Shown in pieces: positions 23,628 to 33,937 of a stretch of DNA of 64,000 bases. The DNA is taken from the NCBI GenBank assembly GCA_965207455.1, contig CBDBMJ010000001.1:736001-800000 (forward strand). Reading direction: 5' to 3'. Every line of letters begins with the position of its first letter. Position 1 is the first letter of the stretch. The notes beneath the pieces were generated by a model. That model was not told where the DNA came from, made no database searches, and saw only the letters and a program-made list of their open reading frames with translations. This DNA is from Bdellovibrionota bacterium. Lineage in GTDB: Bacteria > Bdellovibrionota > UBA1018 > CAIPTA01 > JAALKR01. The position numbers and the translations under genes are program-made.

Positions 23628-24017
23628 ATGCATGGAATATTTATGAAAATTATCCAAGGAGAAATTCCTTGTTTTAAACTATGGGAAGACGAACTCACCT
23701 TTGCCTTTTTAGACATACGCCCCGTCCACCTAGGCCACAGCCTTGTAATTCCTAAAAAAGAAGTAGACCATTTCCTAGACGTGGAAGAACCATACTATTC
23801 CGCTGTCTTTCAAACAGCAAAAAAAATTGCTCCAGCTATTCAAAAAGCAACCCAATGCAAACGGATAGGAACCTCCATTGTGGGCTTTGAAGTACCCCAC
23901 TTTCACTACCACCTCATACCCCTTTGGAGCCTCAAAGATATGGATTTTACAAAAGCCTGTGAAAGAGAAAAAGAATTAATGGAGGATATGCAACGTAAAA
24001 TACTCTCCCACCTCTAG
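23628..24017 (+). CDS. HIT family nucleotide hydrolase
   Basis: F.KII.GEIP, AFLDI.P...GH.LVIPK, VPHFHYHLIP. Confidence 0.93.
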   Translation: MHGIFMKIIQGEIPCFKLWEDELTFAFLDIRPVHLGHSLVIPKKEVDHFLDVEEPYYSAVFQTAKKIAPAIQKATQCKRIGTSIVGFEVPHFHYHLIPLWSLKDMDFTKACEREKELMEDMQRKILSHL

Positions 24018-24023
24018 TGGAAA

Positions 24024-24305
24024 CTATTTACCCTCTTCAATAGTCAAAGCATAACCGCTTACTAATAATGCAAAAAATAACCCTGCTCCAAGACCAATGA
24101 ACTCTCCAAAATTATACCCAATAAAGCTCCATCCTAGAATTAAGGCAAATATAAAGAAATAAAGAATAAAAGACTGCCCGGATTCTGGGCTATTCTTATC
24201 TCTGTAGTTATCTCTGGTGTTACTTTTTTGCATTTGAATAGAGTTTAACATAAAAGCCCTTGTCATGAAATAATGCTCCATGTCGATTAATTTAATATTT
24301 CCCAT
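24024..24305 (-). CDS. hypothetical membrane protein
   Basis: Two C-terminal hydrophobic segments; start uncertain. Confidence 0.5.
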   Translation of the reverse strand: MGNIKLIDMEHYFMTRAFMLNSIQMQKSNTRDNYRDKNSPESGQSFILYFFIFALILGWSFIGYNFGEFIGLGAGLFFALLVSGYALTIEEGK

Positions 24306-24335
24306 CTATGGAAGAAAAGGGTAAAAAGAAGAAAA

Positions 24336-25490
24336 ATGGAATTACCCTACAAAAACATACTCGCTAGTGCCTTTCTTGATCTGCCCCCATGGTGCTCCCC
24401 TATTGATGTTCGATCTCCTAAAGAGTTTCAAAAAAGCTCCCTGCCAAATACTGTCAATATCCCTATTGTAAACGATCAAGAACGCCACCTAGTGGGTCTT
24501 TGCTACAAAGAACAGGGGGAGAAAGAGGCCATTCGACTAGGGCTTGAACTTACAGAAAAAAATAAACCTGCCATAATCCAGTCCTGGCAAACACATTTTA
24601 TAAAACAGGAAGCGCGTGTATTGCTATGCTGGCGTGGCGGCCTACGAAGCAAGATTGCCCAATCTTGGCTGGCAGAACAAAATACCCCTTGCCTGCGGGT
24701 AGAGGGTGGCTATAAGGAAGTAAGAAAACTATTACTATCTATCCTAGAGCGCCCCTTTTCTGGTCTTGTTTTAAGTGGAGCCACAGGTTCTAGAAAAACT
24801 CTTTTTTTACAGAAATTTCAAAAAGAATGCCATAAAAGTGCTTTTGTTGACTTGGAAGGTATTGCCTCCCATAAGGGAAGTGCTTTTGGCGGTATCATTA
24901 ATAAAGAACAACCTTTGGCTGCAAACTTTGAAAATACACTTGCCTGGACCCTATATAAGAATAAAAGCCTTCCCTTGCTCTTTGAAAATGAATCCAAATC
25001 CATTGGTCGCACCTACCTACCCAATACCTTTTTTCGTCACTTCTCCTTATTGCCGAAAATTGAATTAAAGGCGCCTATAGAAACTCGTATTAAAAATATC
25101 TATGAAGATTATATTCTAAAAGACGAAAAAGAGCATTCACAAGAAATAGTTCGCCAACACTATAGTAATGCTTTAGATAAATTATATAAAAGCCTAGGCA
25201 GCCAAAGATATAATGAAATAAAAGATGCCATGACTGCTGCTTTTGATAATAATGATCCCATACAACACTATCATTGGATTGAAAGAATATTGAAAGAGCA
25301 CTACGACCCTTGTTATGCATTTAGCTCCAAGAGGGCGGGAAGAAAAATACTTTTTTCGGGCGATAGAAAAGAAGTACACAATTTTCTAAAAAATAAAATT
25401 TTAAAAAATCAAATTTTAAAAAATCAAATTTTAACTGTACCCCACCCCTCCTCTGGCACTGAACAAACCTCTCCCACGATAGCACTATAG
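24336..25490 (+). CDS. selU: tRNA 2-selenouridine synthase
   Basis: Rhodanese IDVRSP.EF and CWRGGLRS; P-loop G.TGS.KT; DLEG.A.H.GSAFG. Confidence 0.92.
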   Translation: MELPYKNILASAFLDLPPWCSPIDVRSPKEFQKSSLPNTVNIPIVNDQERHLVGLCYKEQGEKEAIRLGLELTEKNKPAIIQSWQTHFIKQEARVLLCWRGGLRSKIAQSWLAEQNTPCLRVEGGYKEVRKLLLSILERPFSGLVLSGATGSRKTLFLQKFQKECHKSAFVDLEGIASHKGSAFGGIINKEQPLAANFENTLAWTLYKNKSLPLLFENESKSIGRTYLPNTFFRHFSLLPKIELKAPIETRIKNIYEDYILKDEKEHSQEIVRQHYSNALDKLYKSLGSQRYNEIKDAMTAAFDNNDPIQHYHWIERILKEHYDPCYAFSSKRAGRKILFSGDRKEVHNFLKNKILKNQILKNQILTVPHPSSGTEQTSPTIAL

Positions 25491-27559
25491 GGGTATACCT
25501 GCTTTAACTCTTCACAACACCGTTGGGCATCTTTGGTCGCAATTCCTAATAAAATTCCTCCTGAGGTTTGGGGATCGTGGAGAATGGAAGGAGCTCCAGG
25601 CAAGGCAGGGAAATTCTTCCTTTCCATGCGACTGTAATAGCCACGGTTTCGTAAATCACTTGCTATCTCTAGCACAGGAATTTGAGACATGTCTAAAGAA
25701 GCTCCCATACGACTAGCTATTAACATATTTTTTAAATGCCTCAAAAAACCAAAACCAGACACATCCGTTGATCCACCTATTTTATATTTTTTTAAAATCT
25801 CCATTGCAAATACCTGACTTTGTCCCATTTGCTCTATTAGTTGAGCAAAGTCGATACCGGATACAGCAAAGCGCATGGCTGCTGCGAGAATAATCCCTGT
25901 TCCTAAGGGTTTAGTAAGTATAATTTTATCTCCGGGTTGAAGCGTTCCATTTCCCCATGCCTGGGATTCTTCCTGCTTTCCTAAAAGAAAAAATCCCACT
26001 TGAGATTCTTCACCTTCTATCGTATGTCCTCCCACAAGCTCAATTCCCTCTGGCTCCATTACGGACTGAGCACCTGCTAAAATAAAACGCATTTCATTTA
26101 CTGCCATCTCTTCCTTTTGCTTTTGAAGCATTATGTTTGCCAGTGCGTATTGAGGCTTCACTCCTTTGGCGTAAAGGTCCGAACAAGCATTTACAGCAGC
26201 GATTCTTCCAAAATGATAGGGATTGGCTCCAAAGTTTTTAAATTGATCCACGGTAAGACCAATGGTTTCTGCTCCCATTGTTACTACGGCAATATCATCT
26301 CCTTCTTCCACTCCTAAGCGCACCCCTTTAGAATTGCTTAATTTTAGAATATCAAGGGATTTATCCAGTACACTTGCACTCACCTTGCAGCCACATCCTC
26401 CGCAATTTGGATCTTTCATGGGGTCCAATGGCTCAAACGTATATTTCTCCATAAACCTACGATCAATCCAATCCTTTAAATTCCAATACATTGAGCCCAT
26501 ACTCTTAAAGAACTTATACTCAACAATGGCTTTTTCATCACCAAGGTTAAGTAAACGTAGGTAACTCTTCTGAGGACGGTAGTTTTTCATCCTAAGACCG
26601 CTTTCTTTTATGGTTTCCAAGAGGTTATAAAACAATATGGGTGCTTGTCGTACTGGGTATACTCCAGCTTTATGGGTGGTGGGATAATTTTCCAATTCTG
26701 CACAATCGCCCACAGCAAAAATATTTGGAAAATCAGAAGCTTGTAGAGAATCTTTCACCCGTATCCACCCCTTGCCTTCCCTATCTAACAGACTATTTTG
26801 AAACAAGACATGGGAGGCAGCCCCTCCAGCCCAAACCATACGAGTGGCTGAGACCACTCCTTGATTTGTTTGTAACTCCAAACCATCTTCTCTAACGGAA
26901 ACATTCTCCAAGGTTATATTGTGCACTTCTATTCCTCTTTTTTCTAAGGCTCTACGCTGTAGAGGGTATAGAGTACTCGTGCGTTCCCAAAGTATGAGTT
27001 TGAGTTTCTTTTCTATATATTGGTTTTTATAGCGATTTCTTAGGGCTAGAGCAATTTCAAAGCCAGTGGCTCCAGCTCCAACGCAGATAATTTTTTCTTC
27101 TGACAAATTTTGTGAAGAATGAATTTCTTTATCCCAAATTTCTATGTTTTTTAAAATCTGAGACAAGGGGCGTGTGGCAATAATGCGTGTGGATGGTTCT
27201 GTGATTTTTTTGCTGGTGGAACCTATGTCGAAAGAAACCACATCGTAGGATAGATCAGGAAGCCCTTTCAGAGAAAGCTTTCGTTTCTTTGGATCACAGG
27301 CAGTAACAGAAGTTTGGTAAAATACGGCATTAGCTTTTTTACATAAATGGTCTAAATCAATACCAATATTGGTGTACTTGCCACTTAAAAGCCCAGGCAA
27401 CATTCCAGAGTAGTATGCATTTACGTCGGGAGAAATAAGGGTCACACGAACATTAGGTAAGGATGGCCAGCGACGCAAGACCTCCACATGGGCATGCCCT
27501 CCTCCCACCAGTACTAAGTGCTTATCTTTAAGAATAGGAAATTTAAGGGGTTGTGCCAT
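25424..27559 (-). CDS. selD: selenide,water dikinase with N-terminal FAD-dependent oxidoreductase domain
   Basis: LVLVGGGHAH, YSGMLPG, FAVGDC, KAGV..VRQ, then CGGCGCKV, GGHT, LTKPLGTG, TDVSGFG, DPQTSGG. Confidence 0.93.
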   Translation of the reverse strand: MAQPLKFPILKDKHLVLVGGGHAHVEVLRRWPSLPNVRVTLISPDVNAYYSGMLPGLLSGKYTNIGIDLDHLCKKANAVFYQTSVTACDPKKRKLSLKGLPDLSYDVVSFDIGSTSKKITEPSTRIIATRPLSQILKNIEIWDKEIHSSQNLSEEKIICVGAGATGFEIALALRNRYKNQYIEKKLKLILWERTSTLYPLQRRALEKRGIEVHNITLENVSVREDGLELQTNQGVVSATRMVWAGGAASHVLFQNSLLDREGKGWIRVKDSLQASDFPNIFAVGDCAELENYPTTHKAGVYPVRQAPILFYNLLETIKESGLRMKNYRPQKSYLRLLNLGDEKAIVEYKFFKSMGSMYWNLKDWIDRRFMEKYTFEPLDPMKDPNCGGCGCKVSASVLDKSLDILKLSNSKGVRLGVEEGDDIAVVTMGAETIGLTVDQFKNFGANPYHFGRIAAVNACSDLYAKGVKPQYALANIMLQKQKEEMAVNEMRFILAGAQSVMEPEGIELVGGHTIEGEESQVGFFLLGKQEESQAWGNGTLQPGDKIILTKPLGTGIILAAAMRFAVSGIDFAQLIEQMGQSQVFAMEILKKYKIGGSTDVSGFGFLRHLKNMLIASRMGASLDMSQIPVLEIASDLRNRGYYSRMERKNFPALPGAPSILHDPQTSGGILLGIATKDAQRCCEELKQVYPYSAIVGEVCSVPEEGWGTVKI

Positions 27560-29078
27560 AAAATTGAACCATATAATAATTCTTTTCTAACGGAGCAAGG
27601 CTTTGTTTTTGCCATGCATCTCTCCAAGGAAACTCTCCACTCCACTCCTGCCACCTGTTCTCTTTATGAGTTAGAGATGGATAGTGTTGTCGAGCAAATA
27701 CTTTGAGACGATTCAAGTCCTCCTCCCCTGATACCACAATCCTATCCCCTTGCCTAATTGATTGAGCCAATTCATTCTGGGTTTGTAGGGTTCTTACGGG
27801 TATGCGAAAAAAGGTAATTTTTCCTCTCAGCGCTTTGTTTTTTTGACCTTGCTTACTTGGATCATAGTACGTCAGGGCTTGTTCTTTATCAGGGGAAAAA
27901 AATGTTTCTGTCACACGTTTTTTATCTCTCTGGCCTAAATCCATCAATAAAATGCCCACTCCTAAAAAAAGCCAAATACTCCTTTTAGCTATTGCCATGG
28001 GACGAGATAGATGGAATCTGGTCGCTTCGTTCCAAAAACCTTTTGCTGTTAGGACAACCCCTACCCAGAAAAAAGGTAGTGTCCAGTTCGACCACCAAAG
28101 AGGAAGAGGTTTAAAATGGTCTATAACTACAGTCAACCCAACAGCAAACAGTAAAAGAGCTATCGCCGTAAGGACTAAAGAACTTGTATAGTATTTAGAG
28201 AATTTTTCTGAACAGGTAGACCACAGAGCCACTATAATTAAAATCAGCCCAGCCATAAGGGGCAGACTGCCCCATAATCCCATTAAAGGAAAGATAGATA
28301 AACCCAAAACAATTAGGCGTGATTGCTGGGGAAATTGCCAGAATTTTCTTTTCTTTTCTTTTACACAAATCAAGCAATAACGAGTAAAACGAATAACACC
28401 ATCTCCATAGGCAACCAAAGCAATGAAAGTCCAAGGAAACAGGTAATATGTAAAAGCAGGTACTATGGATCCCCAATTCGCATTGGGGATAAGTGGTGCA
28501 TCTCTATTAAAATCAAAGAGGAGGGCAAGCATATAAGGAACTAATGCTGTGGATATGGCTAAAAAGAATTTTGTTTTTTTATATAGGCGCGCCCGGAGCT
28601 CGCCCATACAAAACCAAAAGAATAAAGCACATAGACCCATTGCTGGAATAAGTACGGGAGAGTATAGCGTTCCCATCACTCCCACAAAAACCCAAAATTT
28701 CCAATCTCCCTCTCCCCTATCGCTTTTATTTAAAAAATATAGGGTAATTGCCAATAGAGCTGTTAATCCAGCATGGGCAGAAAATATAAGGGAGAATATA
28801 CCTGCGTTTATAGCAAAAACTAATCCTGCCCAAAAAGACCAGTCGGATCGATCTAGGTTTGCATTGACAATAGATATAATGGATAAAGAACCCAATACAA
28901 TAAGAATAAAATGTATATCATTATATCCTAAAGAGTTTTGAAATAAGGAGGAACCCATAAAAGGGAGATATACTATTCCCACCAGAAAAATAAAAAATAA
29001 CCAAGAGAATTTTATTGTCGGTAAAACGTTGGAACTATTTTTTTGATGTATTTCTTTTTTTGCAATATTTTTCTTCAT
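27543..29078 (-). CDS. polytopic membrane protein, possibly a divergent ArnT/GT39-like glycosyltransferase
   Basis: Many TM segments, FPW motif and a soluble C-terminal domain; family assignment is weak. Confidence 0.5.
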   Translation of the reverse strand: MKKNIAKKEIHQKNSSNVLPTIKFSWLFFIFLVGIVYLPFMGSSLFQNSLGYNDIHFILIVLGSLSIISIVNANLDRSDWSFWAGLVFAINAGIFSLIFSAHAGLTALLAITLYFLNKSDRGEGDWKFWVFVGVMGTLYSPVLIPAMGLCALFFWFCMGELRARLYKKTKFFLAISTALVPYMLALLFDFNRDAPLIPNANWGSIVPAFTYYLFPWTFIALVAYGDGVIRFTRYCLICVKEKKRKFWQFPQQSRLIVLGLSIFPLMGLWGSLPLMAGLILIIVALWSTCSEKFSKYYTSSLVLTAIALLLFAVGLTVVIDHFKPLPLWWSNWTLPFFWVGVVLTAKGFWNEATRFHLSRPMAIAKRSIWLFLGVGILLMDLGQRDKKRVTETFFSPDKEQALTYYDPSKQGQKNKALRGKITFFRIPVRTLQTQNELAQSIRQGDRIVVSGEEDLNRLKVFARQHYPSLTHKENRWQEWSGEFPWRDAWQKQSLAPLEKNYYMVQFYGTTP

Positions 29079-29907
29079 TTTTTAATTTTTTTAAGTATTC
29101 CCTATACTCTGCTAAAGAATACTCTTCCCGTACCCCTATTCGCCGTTGGATTTCCTTTTCAGAAACCTTCTTCTTTAACCATTGTACAATAGCAAAATGA
29201 CGCAGTGTTTTTGGCTTCATTTCAGGATATCCCAGACGACCAGCCACCCTAGAAAATAAAAGCTCCACTCCCCTTGGAGTCATTCGTAGGCTAATGAGTC
29301 CATGGCGGTTATACCCTGGAAATAAAAAATTTCCTGAATGATGGGTTCGCCACAGCTTGAGTATTCTCTGCAACGAGACAGAAGCCCTCAAATAACGTTC
29401 TCTTTTACCTGGTATTTTCAATCCAGACCCATCCCAGTGGGTCCAGCGCAAAGAACAAAGTTCAGAGATCATAATTCCCATTTCTCCCAAGATTTTCACT
29501 ACGAGTACATTTCTGCAACCTAAAGGTGTTTTTTGGGAAAAAGCTCCATAAAATCGACGGTAGTCTTTTGGCCTTGGCAACCAAGGTAGTTTTTCTATGG
29601 CTTGGGGAGGACGAATAAATTTTGCTGGAGAAATTTCGATTTTTTTTCGAGAATATGCATAACGATACAGCGATCGTGCTGTAATGAGTTTTCGCCTACG
29701 GGTATTGGTCTTCAAACCCCTATCTAATAAATAATTGTGATAGCTCTCAAAATCCCGCTTCATGACTTTTAAAAATGGGATTTTCTTCTTTTTTAAAAAC
29801 TCTTGGAAAACAAGGATATCTCCCTGATAGGAAGAGATAGTCGAACGAGCCTTCCCCGTACCCTCTAAAAACCCCAAGTAGCTTTTAAGGATTTTCTCCA
29901 TAGCCAT
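29035..29907 (-). CDS. XerC/D-like tyrosine recombinase-fold protein with degenerate active site
   Basis: N-terminal core-binding domain (STISSY..D...F; T.RRKL...RSLY.Y); LP..L; RN; G.MISEL..L; LFP; KTLRH. Confidence 0.8.
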   Translation of the reverse strand: MAMEKILKSYLGFLEGTGKARSTISSYQGDILVFQEFLKKKKIPFLKVMKRDFESYHNYLLDRGLKTNTRRRKLITARSLYRYAYSRKKIEISPAKFIRPPQAIEKLPWLPRPKDYRRFYGAFSQKTPLGCRNVLVVKILGEMGIMISELCSLRWTHWDGSGLKIPGKRERYLRASVSLQRILKLWRTHHSGNFLFPGYNRHGLISLRMTPRGVELLFSRVAGRLGYPEMKPKTLRHFAIVQWLKKKVSEKEIQRRIGVREEYSLAEYREYLKKLKNEEKYCKKRNTSKK

Positions 29908-30056
29908 AAGAAAGAGTGTATCCTGTTCTCCTCGCTTTATCCATTGTTTATCACCACACCCATAGTCCGACTAAAATAATCCAGCTTAGTCCATTTTCCA
30001 TCAAATAAACAATTTATTCATTGATGCATGCTCTTCTATATAGAATAATTAAAGTT

Positions 30057-30779
30057 ATGAGACTTTTTCTACTTTTCATATTGCTATTTCCTTTGCCTGA
30101 AGCCTTTGCCCAAAAATGGGATTCTGAAAAAGTAACAACAAAGGAAGAAGATCTAAGAAAGGAGTTGGAAGATTATCAAGCAGCTAAAGAAAAAAGAGAA
30201 AATATTACTTTTATAAAAGAGCATTTATTTTACGACTATGCCAATCAGCACATTGGTATTGATTTTATTTTCAACGATCTAGACCAATTCAACCACTCCA
30301 ACCAATCCGACACTCAAAGTAATTTTAGTACCTATTCTGTGAACCTATCCTACGCCCATTTTCTATTACAAAACAAACTTATGGGACGACTAGGTCTTGG
30401 TCTACACTCGGGATTCACATTTATTAAAGACACAAGCTCAGAGGACAGTGTTATTAAGCATCGTTTTACGACAATAGGTCCATTCATCACCTATGAAGCA
30501 AAGTTTCTTATTGGCCAGTTCTTTGTTCCTTTTGTAAATATTGGTTATGACGTTGTTTTTAATGGTACCGACATTGGAAATAAAAATTTTAATACTTTTG
30601 TTTGGAGTGGAGGAGTTTTGTTAAACTTAAATCGACTGGACACAAAGACAGCATCAGATGCTCTAGCCAACACAGGAATTCGAAAATTTGACCTTTCCAT
30701 TACTCTCTCTTCACGAAATGGAGAGCAGGATACGGAGTCCAGTAAAGCGATCGGGTTGGGGCTACGCTTTGAATATTAA
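30057..30779 (+). CDS. hypothetical exported protein, probable outer-membrane beta-barrel
   Basis: Signal peptide (AFA-Q), alternating amphipathic strands, C-terminal GLGLRFEY. Confidence 0.65.
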   Translation: MRLFLLFILLFPLPEAFAQKWDSEKVTTKEEDLRKELEDYQAAKEKRENITFIKEHLFYDYANQHIGIDFIFNDLDQFNHSNQSDTQSNFSTYSVNLSYAHFLLQNKLMGRLGLGLHSGFTFIKDTSSEDSVIKHRFTTIGPFITYEAKFLIGQFFVPFVNIGYDVVFNGTDIGNKNFNTFVWSGGVLLNLNRLDTKTASDALANTGIRKFDLSITLSSRNGEQDTESSKAIGLGLRFEY

Positions 30780-30830
30780 ACGCTTGCTTGCAGGGGTTAG
30801 GTTTCATATAATCATTCAAACATAGGAACT

Positions 30831-30917
30831 GCCCAGGTGCTGGAATTGGTAGACAGGATGCGTTGAGGGCGCATTGTCCGTAAGGTCGTGAAGGTTCAAA
30901 TCCTTTCCTGGGCACCA
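30831..30917 (+). tRNA. tRNA-Leu(GAG)
   Basis: Acceptor stem GCCCAGG/CCTGGGC, D-loop GGAATTGGTAGAC, anticodon stem ATGCG/CGCAT around TTGAGGG, long variable arm, GTTCAAATC, encoded CCA. Confidence 0.97.
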
Positions 30918-31027
30918 ACAAACACTATTTTTTTTATTCTCTTAAAATTCTAACTTTCACCAATAAAGACAATACATGTTTTTCATATTGGATGACAGCT
31001 TAACAAATTAGCTGAGGAGAAATTATC

Positions 31028-32267
31028 GTGTATCAATTTTTATTTAGAAAAATATTTTTTCGAGTAAAGTCCATAATGTTATTATTTTCTATTGTTATAT
31101 TTAATGGCTGTGGCAGTGACACGCTTTTAAAAAAGTCAGTAAAGATACTAAATTTATCACTTATAGCTTCAAGTCCATCAAATAGCAATACAGCGCCCAA
31201 TTTTCTTGTGTCTAATGTGGACGATGGCGCTCTAGTAAGCCTATATACTGATAATCAATGTACAGAGGTAAACAAAGTAGTATCAGGCACAGCTAGTAGC
31301 GACTCTATTGAACTGACAGTTGCTCTAAGTAATGATGGTGTCTATACCTATTATGCAAAGCAGGTGAGTGGAACTGGCACTATTTCTTCTTGCTCCAATG
31401 GTGTAAGTTATATATTAGACACAATGGTTGCTATGCCCACTTTATCGCTAGTAACATCTAGTCCCTCTAGTAATCCCACTCCAACTTTTAGTCTGGGGAG
31501 TTTAGAAGTCGAAGGTAACGTTAGATTATATTCTGACGATAGCTGCAACACTTTGGTACAGGATTCGATTGAGATAACCGAAGAAAGCATGGAGATAGAT
31601 CTATCTACAGCTTTGCTTAATTACGATACCTATACTTATTCTACAAAACAAACGGATCGAGCGGGAAATTTATCAAATTGCTCTAGTGCTATATCTTATG
31701 AATTTATCGATACTAGTTTTGAATCCGTTTGGCATGTCGGAAGTTCAAGACATGGAGATGGAAATCGAAGCGTTACCCTTCCTCTAAGAGAGAATGATGG
31801 AAACGGAAAGAACTTTGAATACGATTTTACCGTTGATTGGGGTGATGACTCTCAACCTCAAGCAATTACTGCTTATAGCGCTGATATTACTCATAACTAT
31901 GAACATGCAGGAAAGTACACAATTAAAATAACAGGTCCAAAGTTTCCGGCTTGGTATTTTAATAGTAGCGGAGATAAAAATAAAATTATTGAAGTAAAAA
32001 ACCTTGGAATAGTGGGTTGGAAAAATTTAGCATCTTCTTTCCATTCTTGCCTGAGACGAATTTACTGCTGGCATCACAGACACCTCTAATGTAACGAATA
32101 TGAATCAAATGTTTGATGGTGCGTTCAAAATAACTTCCCTTAATTTATCTAATTGGGATATTTCTAGTATGACGACTTACTCTGGAATCTTTAATTACGC
32201 TCATGCTGATCTTGCTATCATTTGTTCTGATGACGTGGAAAGTATTCTTGGGAAAGACTGCCAGTAA
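31028..32267 (+). pseudogene. lipoprotein with 2 Ig-like domains, VDWGD domain and ~1 LRR (BspA/DUF285-type) repeat; frameshift near 32055
   Basis: Lipobox FNGC. After FHSCLR the paralogous sequence continues in another frame: EFTAGITDTSNVTNMNQMF...LAIICSDDVESILGKDCQ* (stop 32267). Confidence 0.8.
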
Positions 32268-32334
32268 TTAGTATTTGAGGATTTGTTTCATTTATAGTTG
32301 AATATAAAACAAGGAAAAGAAGAAATGAAATTCT

Positions 32335-32778
32335 TTATTTTTCTTTATTTTTCTCTAATTTTTTTTCTTTTTCAATGAGCGCTTGTCGAGCTTCATCTGT
32401 AAGACCTTCAAACAATACAAGTGCGGCTCTGGATTTTAAATCGTCGGCACTGGCCACATAATCCATTGTAACTGCATGACGAATGGATTCTTTTTTTGAT
32501 ATATCATTGGGGTCGGGAAGTTTAATAATAATTTTTAAATTCTTATGATCTAGATATACTTCTTCATAGTCAATATTTTCATCAACTTCTGAAGAAAAAA
32601 CCACATTGAAGCCTTCAAAAAAATAGTCGCATTTTCCATTCCTGCCTCTCCCGCTTAAAATTCTAACAATTCCCCCAACGCCGTACTTTAAATCTTCCTC
32701 AGACCGCATCACACTTTTTCTCGATGCACTTAGATCGGGAGCACTTATATTTAGATACTCATCTTCTTTTTTGCTCAT
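32335..32778 (-). CDS. hypothetical protein
   Basis: 147-aa ORF with RBS and promoter; no recognised family. Confidence 0.65.
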   Translation of the reverse strand: MSKKEDEYLNISAPDLSASRKSVMRSEEDLKYGVGGIVRILSGRGRNGKCDYFFEGFNVVFSSEVDENIDYEEVYLDHKNLKIIIKLPDPNDISKKESIRHAVTMDYVASADDLKSRAALVLFEGLTDEARQALIEKEKKLEKNKEK

Positions 32779-32810
32779 TATATTTTCCTTCCGTTAAAAC
32801 TAAATTTTAT

Positions 32811-32845
32811 ATACGAATAGTATTTTAATACTATTCGTATTGCAA
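32811..32845 (-). promoter_or_regulatory. sigma70-like promoter overlapped by a perfect palindromic operator
   Basis: ATACGAATAGTATT-TT-AATACTATTCGTAT (32811-32840); minus strand reads TTGCAA-N17-TACTAT. Confidence 0.7.
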
Positions 32846-33033
32846 GCTAACTTAGAGAAATTTTATATAAAAGATATTTAAATAGGACTAAGATGAAAAA
32901 ATCAGCCTCATATAGTCGCACCACAGCTCAAATTTGCAGTAAAAATGAAGGATAAGAGGCCTTTCCACGTTTTACCTTTTATTTCAGTGACTTTTGATGC
33001 AAGTTATTATATCTTATTTACAGGCGATTAATC

Positions 33034-33447
33034 GTGAATAAAAAAGAATTAAATGAACAAATCAATGGGCTGCACCGTGCAATACTCCAATCCATGTATC
33101 CAGACGCTAAAAGCCTGGAAAGAGCAGCTAAAGCACTAAAAATCTCTAAAGAGACTGTGCGACAAGCCAGAGACTATAATAAAGGAAGTGCACAGACCAT
33201 AACTGGACTAATGATACATGGAGGTGAACTCTCTCCCAAAGATATACTGGAAAAAATCCCTCACATTCGTAAAGCAATGACGACAAAAAATAAAAAATTA
33301 TCTGTAATAGATAAATTGATTGAAAGCGTAAGAACAAAATATTCAGAAGATGAAATCATCGCTTGGCTTCGCCTTCTTCTCGCCCGCTATGAAGTAGAGC
33401 TAGAATCAGGAATACGAAGAAAACCAGGGCGACCTAAAAAGAGATGA
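33034..33447 (+). CDS. putative HTH DNA-binding protein with C-terminal AT-hook
   Basis: SLERAAKALKISKETVRQAR (HTH-like); C-terminus RRKPGRPKKR. Confidence 0.6.
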   Translation: MNKKELNEQINGLHRAILQSMYPDAKSLERAAKALKISKETVRQARDYNKGSAQTITGLMIHGGELSPKDILEKIPHIRKAMTTKNKKLSVIDKLIESVRTKYSEDEIIAWLRLLLARYEVELESGIRRKPGRPKKR

Positions 33448-33563
33448 CCCTCTAAATACCAGACACTCCCAAAAGGAATAATCTATTCTATGGATTTTAG
33501 CTTTTACTTAATAGAATAAAAGAGATTACTCGTTGCATTAAATATTTTTTTTTAAAAAAACTA

Positions 33564-33593
33564 TTGACTCCCTAGCATTTGTCACCCTAAACT
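33564..33593 (+). promoter_or_regulatory. sigma70-like promoter of the bor pair
   Basis: TTGACT-N18-TAAACT about 25 bp before ATG 33619. Confidence 0.45.
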
Positions 33594-33618
33594 ATGTAAA
33601 GAAAGAGAAACAATCATT

Positions 33619-33924
33619 ATGACAAAAAATTTAATAATAATTATGGGTTCGCTTTTATTTCTTTCTTCTTGTGCCACTCAAAGAGGCATAATGCAGGATA
33701 GAGTTATGAACGACAATAAAGGAAGACTTGCTTATAACGAAACCTCTCACTTCTTTTTTTGGGGTCTAGGCCAAGAGGATACTATAGATGTCCTTAAAAT
33801 TTGTAAGAGACGCAGTAACGTTAGTTATGTGGAATCCAAATTGACTGGAAGTAATGGATTTTTAACAGCCATAACACTTGGACTTTATGCTCCTCGAAAT
33901 AAGAAAGTATATTGTAAAAAATAA
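33619..33924 (+). CDS. Bor/Iss family lipoprotein
   Basis: Lipobox LSSC; HFFFWGLGQ...ID...IC; GFL..ITLGLY.PR...VYC. Confidence 0.85.
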   Translation: MTKNLIIIMGSLLFLSSCATQRGIMQDRVMNDNKGRLAYNETSHFFFWGLGQEDTIDVLKICKRRSNVSYVESKLTGSNGFLTAITLGLYAPRNKKVYCKK

Positions 33925-33937
33925 GGATTAGAAATTT

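Noticed and set aside
26384..26404. Selenocysteine in SelD
   Set aside because: The motif is CGGCGCK with TGC/TGT codons and no in-frame TGA
872..29523. Numerous short ORFs overlapping core genes
   Set aside because: Antisense or off-frame shadows of well-supported CDSs
30700..30921. 73-aa minus-strand ORF
   Set aside because: Antisense reading of tRNA-Leu
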